A stretch of 64,000 nt of DNA. It comes from the human T2T-CHM13v2.0 reference genome, Homo sapiens. The stretch lies in NCBI RefSeq assembly GCF_009914755.1, contig NC_060942.1, one strand, 5' to 3'. The notes beneath the pieces are model-generated. The model was not told where the DNA came from. It saw only the letters and a list, made by a program, of their open reading frames with translations, and made no database searches. Position numbers and translations under genes: made by a program. Shown here in pieces: positions 1 to 12,740 of the stretch. Every line of letters starts with the position of its first letter. Positions within the stretch are counted from its first letter, which is position 1.

Positions 1-414
<414 letters not shown>

Positions 415-3004
415 TCAAGACCCTCAGTTCTTTAGAGATAGCTTATATGGCTGGTATCGTCAGTCATTTTACCTGGATGGAGCTTATGTTGAGAAATAAA
501 GTTTATATTTAATCCTTTAAATTATCTTTTAATTTCACTTTTTTCATGAACTTTTTGAAGCCTCCTCAGATCACATACACCTATATGTCTTATTTGACAG
601 TGAGTGTGACTTAAATGCATGCTTTGTAAGTCACTTATACTTAAATGTGATGGCATAATCACGTAAAAGCTTTCTAGTGGTCCTGATTCCATGTATTTAA
701 CTGGGCATTTGGATATTTCAATGGATTCATTGTTACTTATGGGCTATGTTTTTTTTTTCTCTCTCTTGTATCAACCACTGTGGCTAATTAGGCAGAAGAT
801 TCAAATCGTCATGAATTTTTCAGGCTGATAGGTATTCCTTTCCAGGGATAATTTGTTGCTATCAGAGGAATGACCATGGTCGTACTTTGTTGGTAGTGTC
901 TGACCTTATTTCCTTGTTCAGACTGAAATTAGTTGGGCGCCTGTGCCAAGAAGGTCATTTAGTAAATCATCTCTCTGAAAACAAGTCTGTTTTAGGGACT
1001 GTCCTTTTCTTGTTCCCCTTCATTGCCTACTCTCGCCTCTACTGCTGCAGACTCCATCAAGAAGGAATAAGACTCAAAGAAACTTTTACCCAGGATTTCA
1101 GAAACTTAAAAAATTCAGTGAAGAACCTAGTTATAAAACTTGCATAGAAGACTAGAATAATTCCATTCGATGAGCTTTCTGTGTTAACAATGAGGAAGAT
1201 TTGGCATACACCAGTTAGGGACAGAATTTTTATAACTGAATGAGAAATAAGGAAAACTATTTTTTATATGGTTTGCTATTGCCATGCTAGGGATGCTGGA
1301 AGAATTGATTTCCTGGGATGGCAAAGTAAGGCCATTTCATTTAACCTTTTCCTCCAGACATATAGGGGGAACTTCCGAGCACTAATCCCTCACCCCTCGC
1401 CACAAGTTGTTGTTTTCCAATTACAGCTGATTAGTGGTTGGAATTATTAGTAAGAATTACACAACTATTTATGTCTGTTGAAAAAGTCATCAGTACTAAT
1501 TTTTGCAAATTGGTTGTAATTTCCAAAGAAAATATCAATTAATTCATTCGTTAAGAATTGTAATGAGTTAGCCCATTGGAGACTGGCATGGCAGTAAGAG
1601 CACAGAAGTAGTTCTCAGGACGTCAAGGTTATAGATTACCCTTGGCAATTCCAAGAACTTTGGATTTTTACTTTACCAGCATAAAAAAAAAGATCATGTT
1701 CCTTAAAGATAAGACGAGAGTATCTAAAAAAAAAAAAAAAAGGCCTATTTCAATCTTCATTTTTTTTTCCTTTGGCAATTTTCTTTCCTAATTTTCCATT
1801 GGGAAGAGACAATGTGGTATTTAACCTCTTTGCTCCCTCATGATTTGTATATAGTTAGGGATTCAGATATGTTATCCTTCAGCTCTAAAAGAAGCCACTA
1901 TATTGGAACACAAGGGGTCATTTTACTTATGGGTGTACATACTTTTTAATTAAAAATTATTTTATTGCTTTTGTTAAGTAATTAAATTTAACAAGTAATT
2001 TCTCACAAATATTTATTAATATTAAATTGTTTTTGGCATATACCAGTAAATAGCAAGCAGTTGCTTTACTCTGCATGTGTAATTAGAGTGACTAAGTAAT
2101 TATTTTTTTCTTCGAGTGCAGTCGACACTATCACATTTTTCTAAGTTTTGTTTCATTTTTATTTCAATTAGTGAATGCTTAATAGAATCCAAGATAAGGG
2201 GTGTCTGTTAGCAAGGAGGAAAGCTGAATCTCTTACTCAATATTTTGAGAAATATAAACACATACTGTGTGCCATGCCTGTATTCCCATATGCTTTATTT
2301 TCCTACATATTGTCTTCCTTCCTTTGCCTAGTGACCCTGTGTCTTTCCATTATTATCTAGATGGCTATTAAAACCCTTCTAGAATGCACATTTTAACTAA
2401 AAAGATTTAATTTTACACATTTAGACTTTTATTCAAGTAGGAACAAAGAAGTGGTATGTCAATTCAGCTACCCATTTGCTCTGCTGAATCCTTATGATGC
2501 TCTTGTGCTTCCTCAGATGTTATTAATTTCCTTGCATTCCTCTTTATCATCAGCAAATGTCCTTTAAGAGTCACACTGTGCAGGCTACATGCCATGAGCA
2601 GGGCCTTCTATGCATATTGACTTATGAGAAGCTCAGCATTAGGTGGAGAGAAGGCAGAGTCAATATGATAGCTCCTCCCACAAACATTCATTAAAGTTAA
2701 TGAAAAGCAAATATAGGAGACATTTGCTCCTAGGACAAACACACTTAGGAGACATCTGATGAGACATGACAAAAGATGAAGGGCTACCAATGCAGTAAAT
2801 GTTTAATACCCTTGCAGGACCATGCTGAAGGAGAATCTTAACCACCACCCAGGTCTCCAGCCTAAGTGACATATTCTGAGCAACAAAATCTACAATTCTT
2901 TGTTTGGAACCACAGATACGGAGGGAACTCTCCTGGATACCCTTTGAAGCAAATCTTTAATAGAAATAAAGTTGGGGTTAAACAAATAATTATACCATAA
3001 CCTA

Positions 3005-4240
3005 GACTTTCCCATGTGGTTAAGGTAGGTAACAAGGACCAGATTTATCCTCCCACCTGAAACAACTTCTCCCTCCAAAAAAAGAAAAAAAAGAAACAAA
3101 AGTTATAAAACAACCATTTCCAAAACCTGGACATCTGACAACAGTGATCCACGAAAGATGGAAAACAAGTAAGAGCTACATTTTCCTAAGATTATTGCCT
3201 TGAGAGAATTTCAGGCCATAGAGCAGGGAGGAAGAACCCAGAGCCCAGTGAGCCCCCTAAGTTGAGATGGGGTTGGGACTATGAGGAAGTGTTGATGGCT
3301 AGAGTTTGCAGGGCAGATTGAGAGGATAGCTGACCCTAAAGAGAAACCTGAGATCTGCAGAGGGTGACCCTCAAGAATTCAGCACTGTATTGATCAGCAA
3401 GTGCAAGTGAGGAAACTACTTGAGGCCAGAGACAGAATACCTGGAAAAGATGAGAAGGGAGGGCACCAGGGCCACGTAGTGCCCAACTGGTGCCTGTTCC
3501 CACCAGCCAGACTGGAAACTCAAAATGTATGGGGTTTTGGTGAAGTGCTCAGAGGAGTTTTCTTCAGTAGTGAGGGAGAACTAGTCTTTGAATAAATGCT
3601 GCTGTGGTCTTGCCTAGAAATTCTCTTAATAAGACCCAAGAGAATCAAGCTGTTTTTGATAATACTATAACTCATATTTGCAGGAAGATGGGATTTGGTG
3701 AAGTGAGGGGAAGAAAAGTCTGCATTGTGGAAAGGCTTGTGGGGTTTATCTTCATTGCTGGAGGGAAATAATGACAAGTGGCTATGAGAATTCATGTACC
3801 TCACCCTATGACCAGCCACGATGAAAATCCCTGTAAACTCCAATCTGCTACCAGAAGCTGGCCTGGAGGACCTGCCCCACTCAAAGATGAGTAATAAACA
3901 GAAAGGTGCAGAGAATCTATCTTGAAAAATGATGAAAGGAACAAACCATTGCAGAAATGAAGCCCATACAACATAAAGGAGAACAGACTTTGAAGAAAAC
4001 AAAGTTAAAAAAATAATAAAATTGAGAGACAGATATCAGGATTCAGAACAGTAAGCAAAGTGAAATGAAGTGAACAAAATTAGAAATAGTGGAATGGCAG
4101 ATATGGAAGACAAATCAAGGGGGTTGAACATAGAACATAAACATAGCAGTATCCTAAAGGAACAAAAAAAACCCATTAGGTTGAAAACTATCCTTAAATA
4201 TGAAAAATAATTTTCACAAATAAAAGATGACTTTAATTTT
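3005..4240 (+). mobile_element. Ancient L1M 5'UTR (~3005-3680) plus degraded ORF1-like remnant (~3950-4240)
   Basis: Motifs such as 'aataaatgctgctgtggtcttgccta...aagacccaagagaatcaagctgttt' resemble old L1M (L1MEc-like) 5' ends; A-rich ORF1-like segment downstream. Confidence 0.6.
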
Positions 4241-4492
4241 ATTCAGTTGTTTCTTTACTTCTTTCAAAAGCAAACTTAAGATACGTCTTCCCCAACAAGC
4301 CTTTTTGACTTACTGGGTACTGAACTTACTCTATTCTTGCAGCACAAATTGATATATGCTACAATGTATCTTGTCTCCAAGAATTACACTTGCTTTTGTT
4401 GCTGTTGTTTTTAGTTTGGATAATTAAGCAGTTTTATGAGGACTGGGGCTGCATCTTTCTCCTTTTATATCCCCTTTTGCATTTTGTTACAG

Positions 4493-4659
4493 ACTTTGTA
4501 CAGGGTCAGTGTAGTGTGAACAATGGAGTAAAACCATGAAATACAAATTTTCTCCATGCCTCAATGCAGTGGTTTCTGGGAGCTGACTTGGCAGTTCTGT
4601 TGTGTTTCTGAGGTTGCCAGTTAGCTCTCTGTTACTGATTTTCTGTTGCTATCCTAAAG
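4493..4659 (+). other. Candidate non-coding exon (167 nt)
   Basis: Long pyrimidine tract ending TTGTTACAG (AG 4491-4492) and consensus donor AAG|GTAAGT (GT at 4660); no long ORF. Confidence 0.35.
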
Positions 4660-4794
4660 GTAAGTGAAAAACTGAAGAAGTACAAATATTTGATCAGGGC
4701 ATTGGGAGTCAGGATTTTTTTTTTTTTTCTGTTTCTCTATTGCCAAATATTCTAAGTCAATTTAAAGTGCAGGTACTCTCAAGAACACTGGACA

Positions 4795-5035
4795 AGGTGT
4801 GAGGGCACTGGAGTTCTAGGGCAGGGATATCGCTAACTTGCTATGTGCCCCCAGATAAGTTACTTGATCTTCATTCTGCTGTATCTTGGGGCTAGAACAG
4901 TTCCTGACTCAATATAAGCACTTAATAATTATGTTTTGAATGAAAGAATAATTAGCTTCAATTTCCTCCTAGGTCAAATGAGGGACTTGTACTAGCATGG
5001 TCTCTAGGAACTGTTTGCACCATAAAAATCTAAAA
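4795..5035 (+). mobile_element. MIR3-like SINE interrupted by an L2 3' end (~4870-4950)
   Basis: MIR core 'ctaacttgctatgtg..ataagttacttgatct', then L2 tail 'ctgctgtatc..ctagaacagttcctgactcaat..tgaatgaaagaat', then MIR3 tail 'aaatgagggacttgtactagcatggtctctagg'. Confidence 0.7.
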
Positions 5036-5770
5036 ACTACCAGCTTTCCTCCGATTGGTAAGCATTTACGCCATGCATTTCAATTGCAGCAACTCTGCAG
5101 ATGCCTGTTGTTTTTATGGAAGACGTGTTTGTCCCCACATGCGCTGTTTACACCTTCCATGTAGATTGTAATGTCCATCCTAAGTTGCACAACTTTTGAA
5201 AACAGCCAGCAAAAAGTCCAGAGGGCACACTGAAGGATTCTTACAGGAAGCTTATAGCCTGTCTCCTTTGGCTAATTTGCAAAAGCATTTTTTGATTTAA
5301 AACAGAAGGAGGGTGAATCCCTGGGAGAAAACTCACATCCACTAATGTTCCTTCTGGAGTGAATTATTAGAGGAAGCCCCAGATGGATTATAGACAAAGG
5401 TTAAACTTTGAGACACTAATTTATTGAAAAGGTAAAGATAGTAAAAGAACAAAAAGTGCCCTGAATGTTATGTTTGTGTGTCCTTTTTGCCCCATGCTTT
5501 CCAGTATGTTAAGGATCTTTGAAAGGCATATGTTCATCTGCAGAGGCAATGTCACCTAACATCCTAAGAAAAATCTTTGCCACTGGAAGCTGTTGAAATG
5601 ACATTCTAATAGGATTCTCCAATTAGACAAAAAAAAAAAAAAGGACAAACTCTAAAGAAGACATTTCATCTTGAAAAACAGCAAAGCTAATGGAGCTGTT
5701 TGGGGACAGTGGTATAAAAGCATTGAGTGATGTTCTGGAAAAGCATTTTGGCATGTAGTGACATTTAATA

Positions 5771-6250
5771 CTATATCCTATCAATTTGAAGATGCCCACT
5801 ATGTTCACATTTTAACATTTCTGGAATAATTTTATAACTAATGAAGGCTGGTGATTGTTGTGGATCAGGTGACAGAGAGGTCCAGTTGTAATCATCTGCA
5901 CATATGAGGACTCAGTTATTTTTGGTGGTGTAGCTCAGAAATCATAACTTCCCAATATTTTAGTCACTACATCTTTTAAAGATCATTCGGAGAAGAAATT
6001 TGCATCTTGATTCTTTTCTGAAAACTTCAGTTGACACTACCTGGTAGGATCAAGAAAGCACTTTCATCAAAACTTGCAGAAATAGGGGCAGTGGTTTGGA
6101 AGAATGTTCTGTATACAATAACAGAACAGTCTTTTAAGAAATAAAGCATCACCAACATGCTTGAGGACATAGACAACAATATACATAAATCTTTATATAT
6201 TTTCTCAGTATTAGTGCTTTAATGTTTATTTTTTACTTTCTTCACTTATC
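5771..6250 (+). mobile_element. TcMar-Tc2/pogo DNA transposon fossil (Kanga1-like) with transposase C-terminal remnant
   Basis: Start resembles the Kanga1/MER104 terminus; 5972-6180 reads SFKDH...LTLPGRIKKALSSKLAEIGAVVWKNVLYTITEQSFKK*SITNMLE, similar to the pogo/POGK-type DDE C-terminus, with stops and a frameshift. Confidence 0.75.
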
Positions 6251-6398
6251 CTCAAATTCTAGCAAATAAATCATGCATTCACAGGACCCTCATTCAGTGC
6301 CGTTGTCTGTGAAGATATTGTGATCAGGTGAATATTGGAAAGTACACTTTAAAAATATCTTTATAGGATTTCTCAAAAATGTTTCTGTAAAAATGAAG

Positions 6399-7226
<828 letters not shown>

Positions 7227-7834
7227 TGAGGGGCAGCATATGCTTCTCACATAAAAGCAGGTCAGCCTGAAGTTCACATCAAGATGTGTTTTCTTAAGGT
7301 GTTTTGAATCTGAATCCCACATATCCATCTATTTCTACACTTCCCGGAGCAGAAGCACTGAAATTCTGTATGACAGGCTGCTTTTGAGATATTTTCAACT
7401 TAGTTGGAATCAGGATTTGCCAGAAATGTTGTGAGACAGCTTGTTTAAGTGAGATTTCCTGCTCAGTTTCTTTTTTTAAAAGATAGGGAGAAAAAGAAAA
7501 AAAATAATGATTTTTGGATAGAGTTCATCCATGCTGGACACATTTGGACATGTAGCTGAGGGGAACCAATGTGTAAGGATCCTTAAGTTCTTTAGAAACT
7601 TTGGCAAGGTCTCAAACCACCTGAGAATTCTTAAGATTAAATGTTTGAAGTGTGATTCTAAATTAATAACACTGACATCACAAATTACTCCCACAGACTA
7701 ATTTCTCACTCTTCATAAATATTCTGTTTACAGATTGTTCTATCTTCCTATAGCTGTTTTTTAATTTAAGCTGTGTATATTCTCTCACTACCATGCTTGT
7801 TAATTATTAAAAGATTTTCTCCTTTTTTTTTCAG

Positions 7835-7848
7835 GCTCACACTGAAAG
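7835..7848 (+). other. Candidate 14-nt microexon (alternative upstream acceptor would give 7734-7848)
   Basis: TTTTCTCCTTTTTTTTTCAG|GCTCACACTGAAAG|GTGAGT: strong acceptor and consensus donor 14 nt apart. Confidence 0.35.
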
Positions 7849-8695
7849 GTGAGTTTTAGCCAACTTACTATTTGGTTAATATTTTACATTTCAATTTTCC
7901 AATTCAAACCAGGGAACCAGAGAAGGGTATGAATAAAACTTAAGCTATAGGTGCATATTTAGAAAAAAGAAAGAGCAAATGATGAATATGTATGAAACTT
8001 ATTTAAAATGCCATATTTATGAGGAAAGGAAAAATATTGGAGCCTCACTTTCCCTTTACATATTTTCAAAACACCACATGGGATTGAATGGGACCAAGTG
8101 AAAAGTATAAAATTTGTTGAGTGTGGTGGGTGTTTGAGTGTGTCAGTGCAGTGAGAAGTTGGCAATGTGAATCCTCTGGGGCTTGTGGGTAGGACACATA
8201 GAAGCCTTGGCAATAGGGAAAGACATGAGTTTTCTTATGCCTGATTTTCAACGGGACATTTGGAGGATGCTTGCCATCTTTCTGTGGCCGTTTATTTGAT
8301 CCTAGAGGCCAAGAGTGCAAAGGCTCCAAGTTGCTTGCTGGTGGGCCAGGACACGGGCTTGCATTCACCTCTGCAATACTTGTACTGCCTTGTGGCTGCT
8401 CTAAGCCTGATCAAAGCCAAAGTGGTAGTAATGTGAAAGGGAAGAAAGGGCCAGAGGAATGTTCCACCCTAGGGATTTCAATTCAGCCAGCATTTATTTC
8501 ACCCACTGTATGCCCAGGCCTGTATTAGGCCCTGGGTAGTTGAAGCAATATCTGGAAGAGAAGGGGTCTGTACTCTCCAACTCCCAGCGTGTCCACACCA
8601 GGAAAAGTGACACATATGCACAGGAGGCATGAACAGGGGAGTCAGTGTTCATGACAAAGGTTCTAGTTAAATGAAGCAAGTCCAGCTGTTCTTTG

Positions 8696-9060
8696 GGAAT
8701 CCATGCAGCAGTAAACATGAATAACATAGATCCATGTACCAGCACAGAAAAGTCTCTAATATATATGGTTGAATAAAAACAAACAAATAAAAAAAAAACC
8801 TCAAGTTATGACCTACAATGTAATACCACTTGGTATCACTATAAACCAACTTAAAAAGAACAACTATACATTTCTACCTTGTAGGTATATCAATTTATGG
8901 AAAAGGATCGGGGTGGCATGCACAAAATAAGGGCACTGGGATGCAGAGAGGGGGCTGGTCAGGAAGTGTGTGCATATCTTGTTACTATAACACATTTATA
9001 ACAAATTTATGTAGTTGATTTAAATAAAGAAATTAAAAATAAAATAAATAAATAAATGAT
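8696..9060 (+). mobile_element. L1ME 3' end remnant
   Basis: 'ggaatccatgcagcagtaaacatgaataacatagatccatgtaccagcacaga' resembles the L1ME 3' region; ends in a (TAAA)n tail. Confidence 0.6.
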
Positions 9061-9359
9061 ATGCGCATAAAGAAAACTTATTTACCAACATTTCCCTACC
9101 CTGCATCATACACACAAAAACAAAGACATTCACCTTTAGGTTCTTTATTATCTGGTTGGAGAAATAAGACTCATAGATATATTTCATACTTTAACAAAAT
9201 GATATACGATCTTTTCTTGATTTCTGTAATATTTTTTTGTTTTGGTTCTCTACCCTGCCTCTCTTTATTCTTCTCTTTCCTGATCTTTCCTTTTCCTTCT
9301 CAATTCCCAGTGTGGGAATTCTCTAGGGCAAGTCTTCAACCCTTTCACCCTCTTTCTGA

Positions 9360-9712
<353 letters not shown>

Positions 9713-9860
9713 TAATAGGATGTCTTAACTTCAATTTCTAGCTTCATTCTTCCCTCTCTATTGGGCATCTCTCCTTGCATGTTTGCCACGATTTTGGGCT
9801 CAGTATTTCTAAACCAAAATTAATCTCTCCTTCTATCTTCAATGGGTCATTTATCCTTCT

Positions 9861-9960
9861 CCCTGATGTGCTTATTTGACATTGCATGCTTGTATCAAAA
9901 CAGCTCATGTACCCCATAAATATATACAACTACTATGTATCTACAAAAATTATTAAAAAT
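9861..9960 (+). mobile_element. L1MA/L1PB extreme 3' end fragment
   Basis: 'ccctgatgtgcttatt..cattgcatgcttgtatcaaaa..ctcatgtaccccataaatatataca..tactatgta'. Confidence 0.85.
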
Positions 9961-10111
9961 ATCTTGACTTCTTGATTTCTACCAAAGACATTGCCACCAG
10001 ATTGAGGAGCCTATGTCCTCAGTAATTTCTCCTTTTCCAGCTCCCTTGCCATTCACAATGTCCCATCCAGTCTTCCTTTCCAATGCTTTTTTGCATCCAT
10101 GCTTTCATCTT

Positions 10112-10464
10112 TGTCTTAGTTAAGGCTGCTATAACAAGTAGACTGGGTAGCTTAAACAATAATTATTTTTCACAGTTCTTGAGGCTAGAATTCTGAGATA
10201 AGAGTGCATTCATGGTCAGGTCTGGTAAGGGCCCTCTTCCAGGTTGCAGACTACTGTCTTCTTGTATCTTCACAGGGCAGAAAGCAGAAAGAGAAAGCAA
10301 GCAAGTCCTCTAACTGTCTGTTCTTATAAGGGTACGAATCCCATTCGTGAGAATCCTGACATCATGACCTAATTGCTTCCCAAAGGCCCCACCTCCAAAT
10401 ACCATGTTAAGGATTGGGCTTCAACATATGAATGTTGGGGTGACACAATACCCAGTCCTTAGCC
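10112..10464 (-). mobile_element. MaLR solo LTR (MLT1A-like)
   Basis: 'tgtcttagtt..ggctgctataaca...caacatatgaat..ggggtgacacaa..cagtccttagc'; TSD ATCTT 10107-10111 / 10465-10469. Confidence 0.9.
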
Positions 10465-10649
10465 ATCTTCATTTGTACATTTCCTTATTGTATTATCTTA
10501 ACCAAAAGCACACATAAAGGCAAGGCAGAAAACTAAGCTAATTCTTTCAGTAACTGAAGGCTTCCAAATGTTTATTTACCTACCTGTTGTATATGTTAAA
10601 TGACTTACTTTGTTTGGGATTGCATGATTACCAGTTTTTTTTTTTTACT

Positions 10650-11210
10650 TTCAACCATTAGTCACCAAGAATTTATCAAGTACCAGTTTTACAATCAGCC
10701 TTGGGAGATATAATAAACATAGAAGACATGAGCTCTTCTTTTGAAGAACTAATTGATGAAAAAATGTCATTAATAAATAAAAGAAGTAATTTGAAATAAA
10801 TCTTACAGCAATATAGAATATGTACAAAACATGGAGAAAACTAAATCCATAATGCTGCCCCCACTTCTTTAGTTCCACAAATATTGAGAATCAACTATAT
10901 GTCACACACTAATCTAAGAACTGGGGATATGGCATAGAAAGTCAGAAAATGCCTCTGCCCTTATGGGACTTCTATTCAAGTGCAGAGAAATAGATACTAA
11001 CCAGGTAAGCACATAATTAGGATAATTTCTGAGAGTGACAAATGCTATAAGAAAAAAATAATATGGGATAATATGACACATAGGGCCTAGGGATAAAATT
11101 TAGCTAGAAAGGTCAAGGAAACTCTCTCTAAAGAGACAATATTTGAATTGAGTCCTGAATTTTAAAAGGCACCAGCTATGGGGAAACCTGGAGGTAGAAG
11201 GTCACAGGCT
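10650..11210 (-). mobile_element. L2 3' fragments
   Basis: 'caaatattgagaatcaactatatgtcacacact..ctggggatat..ctctgcccttatggga..ggtcaaggaaactctctctaaagagacaatatttgaattgag'. Confidence 0.75.
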
Positions 11211-12187
11211 TGTCTTACTCCAATAACAGAATCCCAAGATAAACATGTGCTTGAGGAATTGCCAGATAAAAGAGGCTCTTGAGAACAAGAAACAACCTGA
11301 GTTATATTGAATACCATGAGCCAAATGATGGTTGGCAACTGGGGATCTAGGGCAGGACCTATTTGGAGGGAATCAAGTTTTTTTAAAGGGAAGTTTCATA
11401 AATGCTCTCTCCATGACTTGGACCTTTCTGGACACACTGACTATGAAATAGCCCCTTCAGACACCTTCTCGTTTCCCTGACCACACACATATTTCTATAG
11501 AGTAGCATGTAAGTCAGATGGATAAGTAAAGAATAGAAAAATAAATTTACTGGGAAAGGGAACAGCTAAGTGAATCAACATTTTCCTAATTGGATTCCAG
11601 AGGCATTTGTCTGTCTGAGAGTGAGATGTTTGATATTCTGGTTGAGTAAGTTCTTGATTCCAGGTCATCAATTATGATAATAGAACAAATCAAAAAGTTT
11701 CCAGCAAACAGAAATTCTTCATTTCCTGGCTCCTACTCAACTTTATTGATTGGACCATTGGGTAAGACTATAAATTTCATGTAGAAGCACTAGAAAAGCT
11801 TTGGCTGGGCCCTTTGCTTTCTCTAATTTCAAAAAAATGTTCAAAGTGCCTGGGAGAATTTGGATTATTCATCCCACTCTCTTCTATGCCTATAGGCAGG
11901 GGCAGGTGCTTCGTAGACAAAATTGCCTCCGCTCTTGTTTTAAATGTAATGGCTGACGATGCATATCACGAAAGAACTGAGTATCTACAACCCTTATTGT
12001 CTTCTAAAATATCCCTTCCAATAGTCTTCCAAAATGCTAAAATAATAATCATTAGAAACTCTTCCTTAGAGTTATATAACATGGGCTCCTTCTTAAATAA
12101 ATATATGTTCCTAAGAAAGGAGGGAAGGCCCTGTTTGTATGACTCATTCATCTTTCTAAACAGGTTCATATTAATATACATCATGAG

Positions 12188-12320
12188 ACAGCATGAAGTA
12201 ATGAAAACTATAGAAGACTTGAGGCCAAAGACCTAAGTTCAAGGCTCAGACCCTTCTCTCACAAGCTGTGTGATTTAACAAATAGTTTAATTTTTGTAAA
12301 TCATAATTTCATCTGCTGCT
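12188..12320 (+). mobile_element. MIR fragment
   Basis: 'aagacctaagttcaaggctcagaccct..acaagctgtgtgattt'. Confidence 0.65.
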
Positions 12321-12574
12321 AAAGCTAAACACTATCTGAGTATGTGTTGTAGCTTTGTAAATGTTAATACATCAAAGAAATATAAACTGTTGTGAATGTT
12401 ATCATTTGATTAGTAGAGATTAATGTTTAGATCAATTTCATCATCATTTTGGAAGGTACTGAAATTCTGAAAGAATTTTATACAGCTAAATCCTGTGGAC
12501 TTTGGGTAAATTTGAAATATAATAAAAAGAATGTTAGGTGGTTGTCTATTGTGTGCTGGAGTAGATGTTAAATA

Positions 12575-12740
12575 TCATACATATATTGTCATTTCATCCT
12601 CACAACTGCCCAATGAGGTAGTTACACCTAAAATACAGTGATAAGTAAAGATTATAGAAGTTAATTTACTTTCTCAAGGTCATGTCAGTATCTAGTAGAG
12701 GTCTTCAAAGCTCAAGTTCCTAAGCATTCAGTAACCTTGC
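12575..12740 (-). mobile_element. MIR fragment
   Basis: 'catttcatcctcacaactgcccaatgaggtag...aagttaatttactttctcaaggtcat'. Confidence 0.7.

Noticed and set aside
3520-4002. Longest ORF (160 aa) and other 100-140 aa ORFs (11814, 20779, 56336, 63055)
   Set aside because: No recognisable domain, many start at TTG/GTG, composition typical of non-coding DNA, and several overlap repeats.
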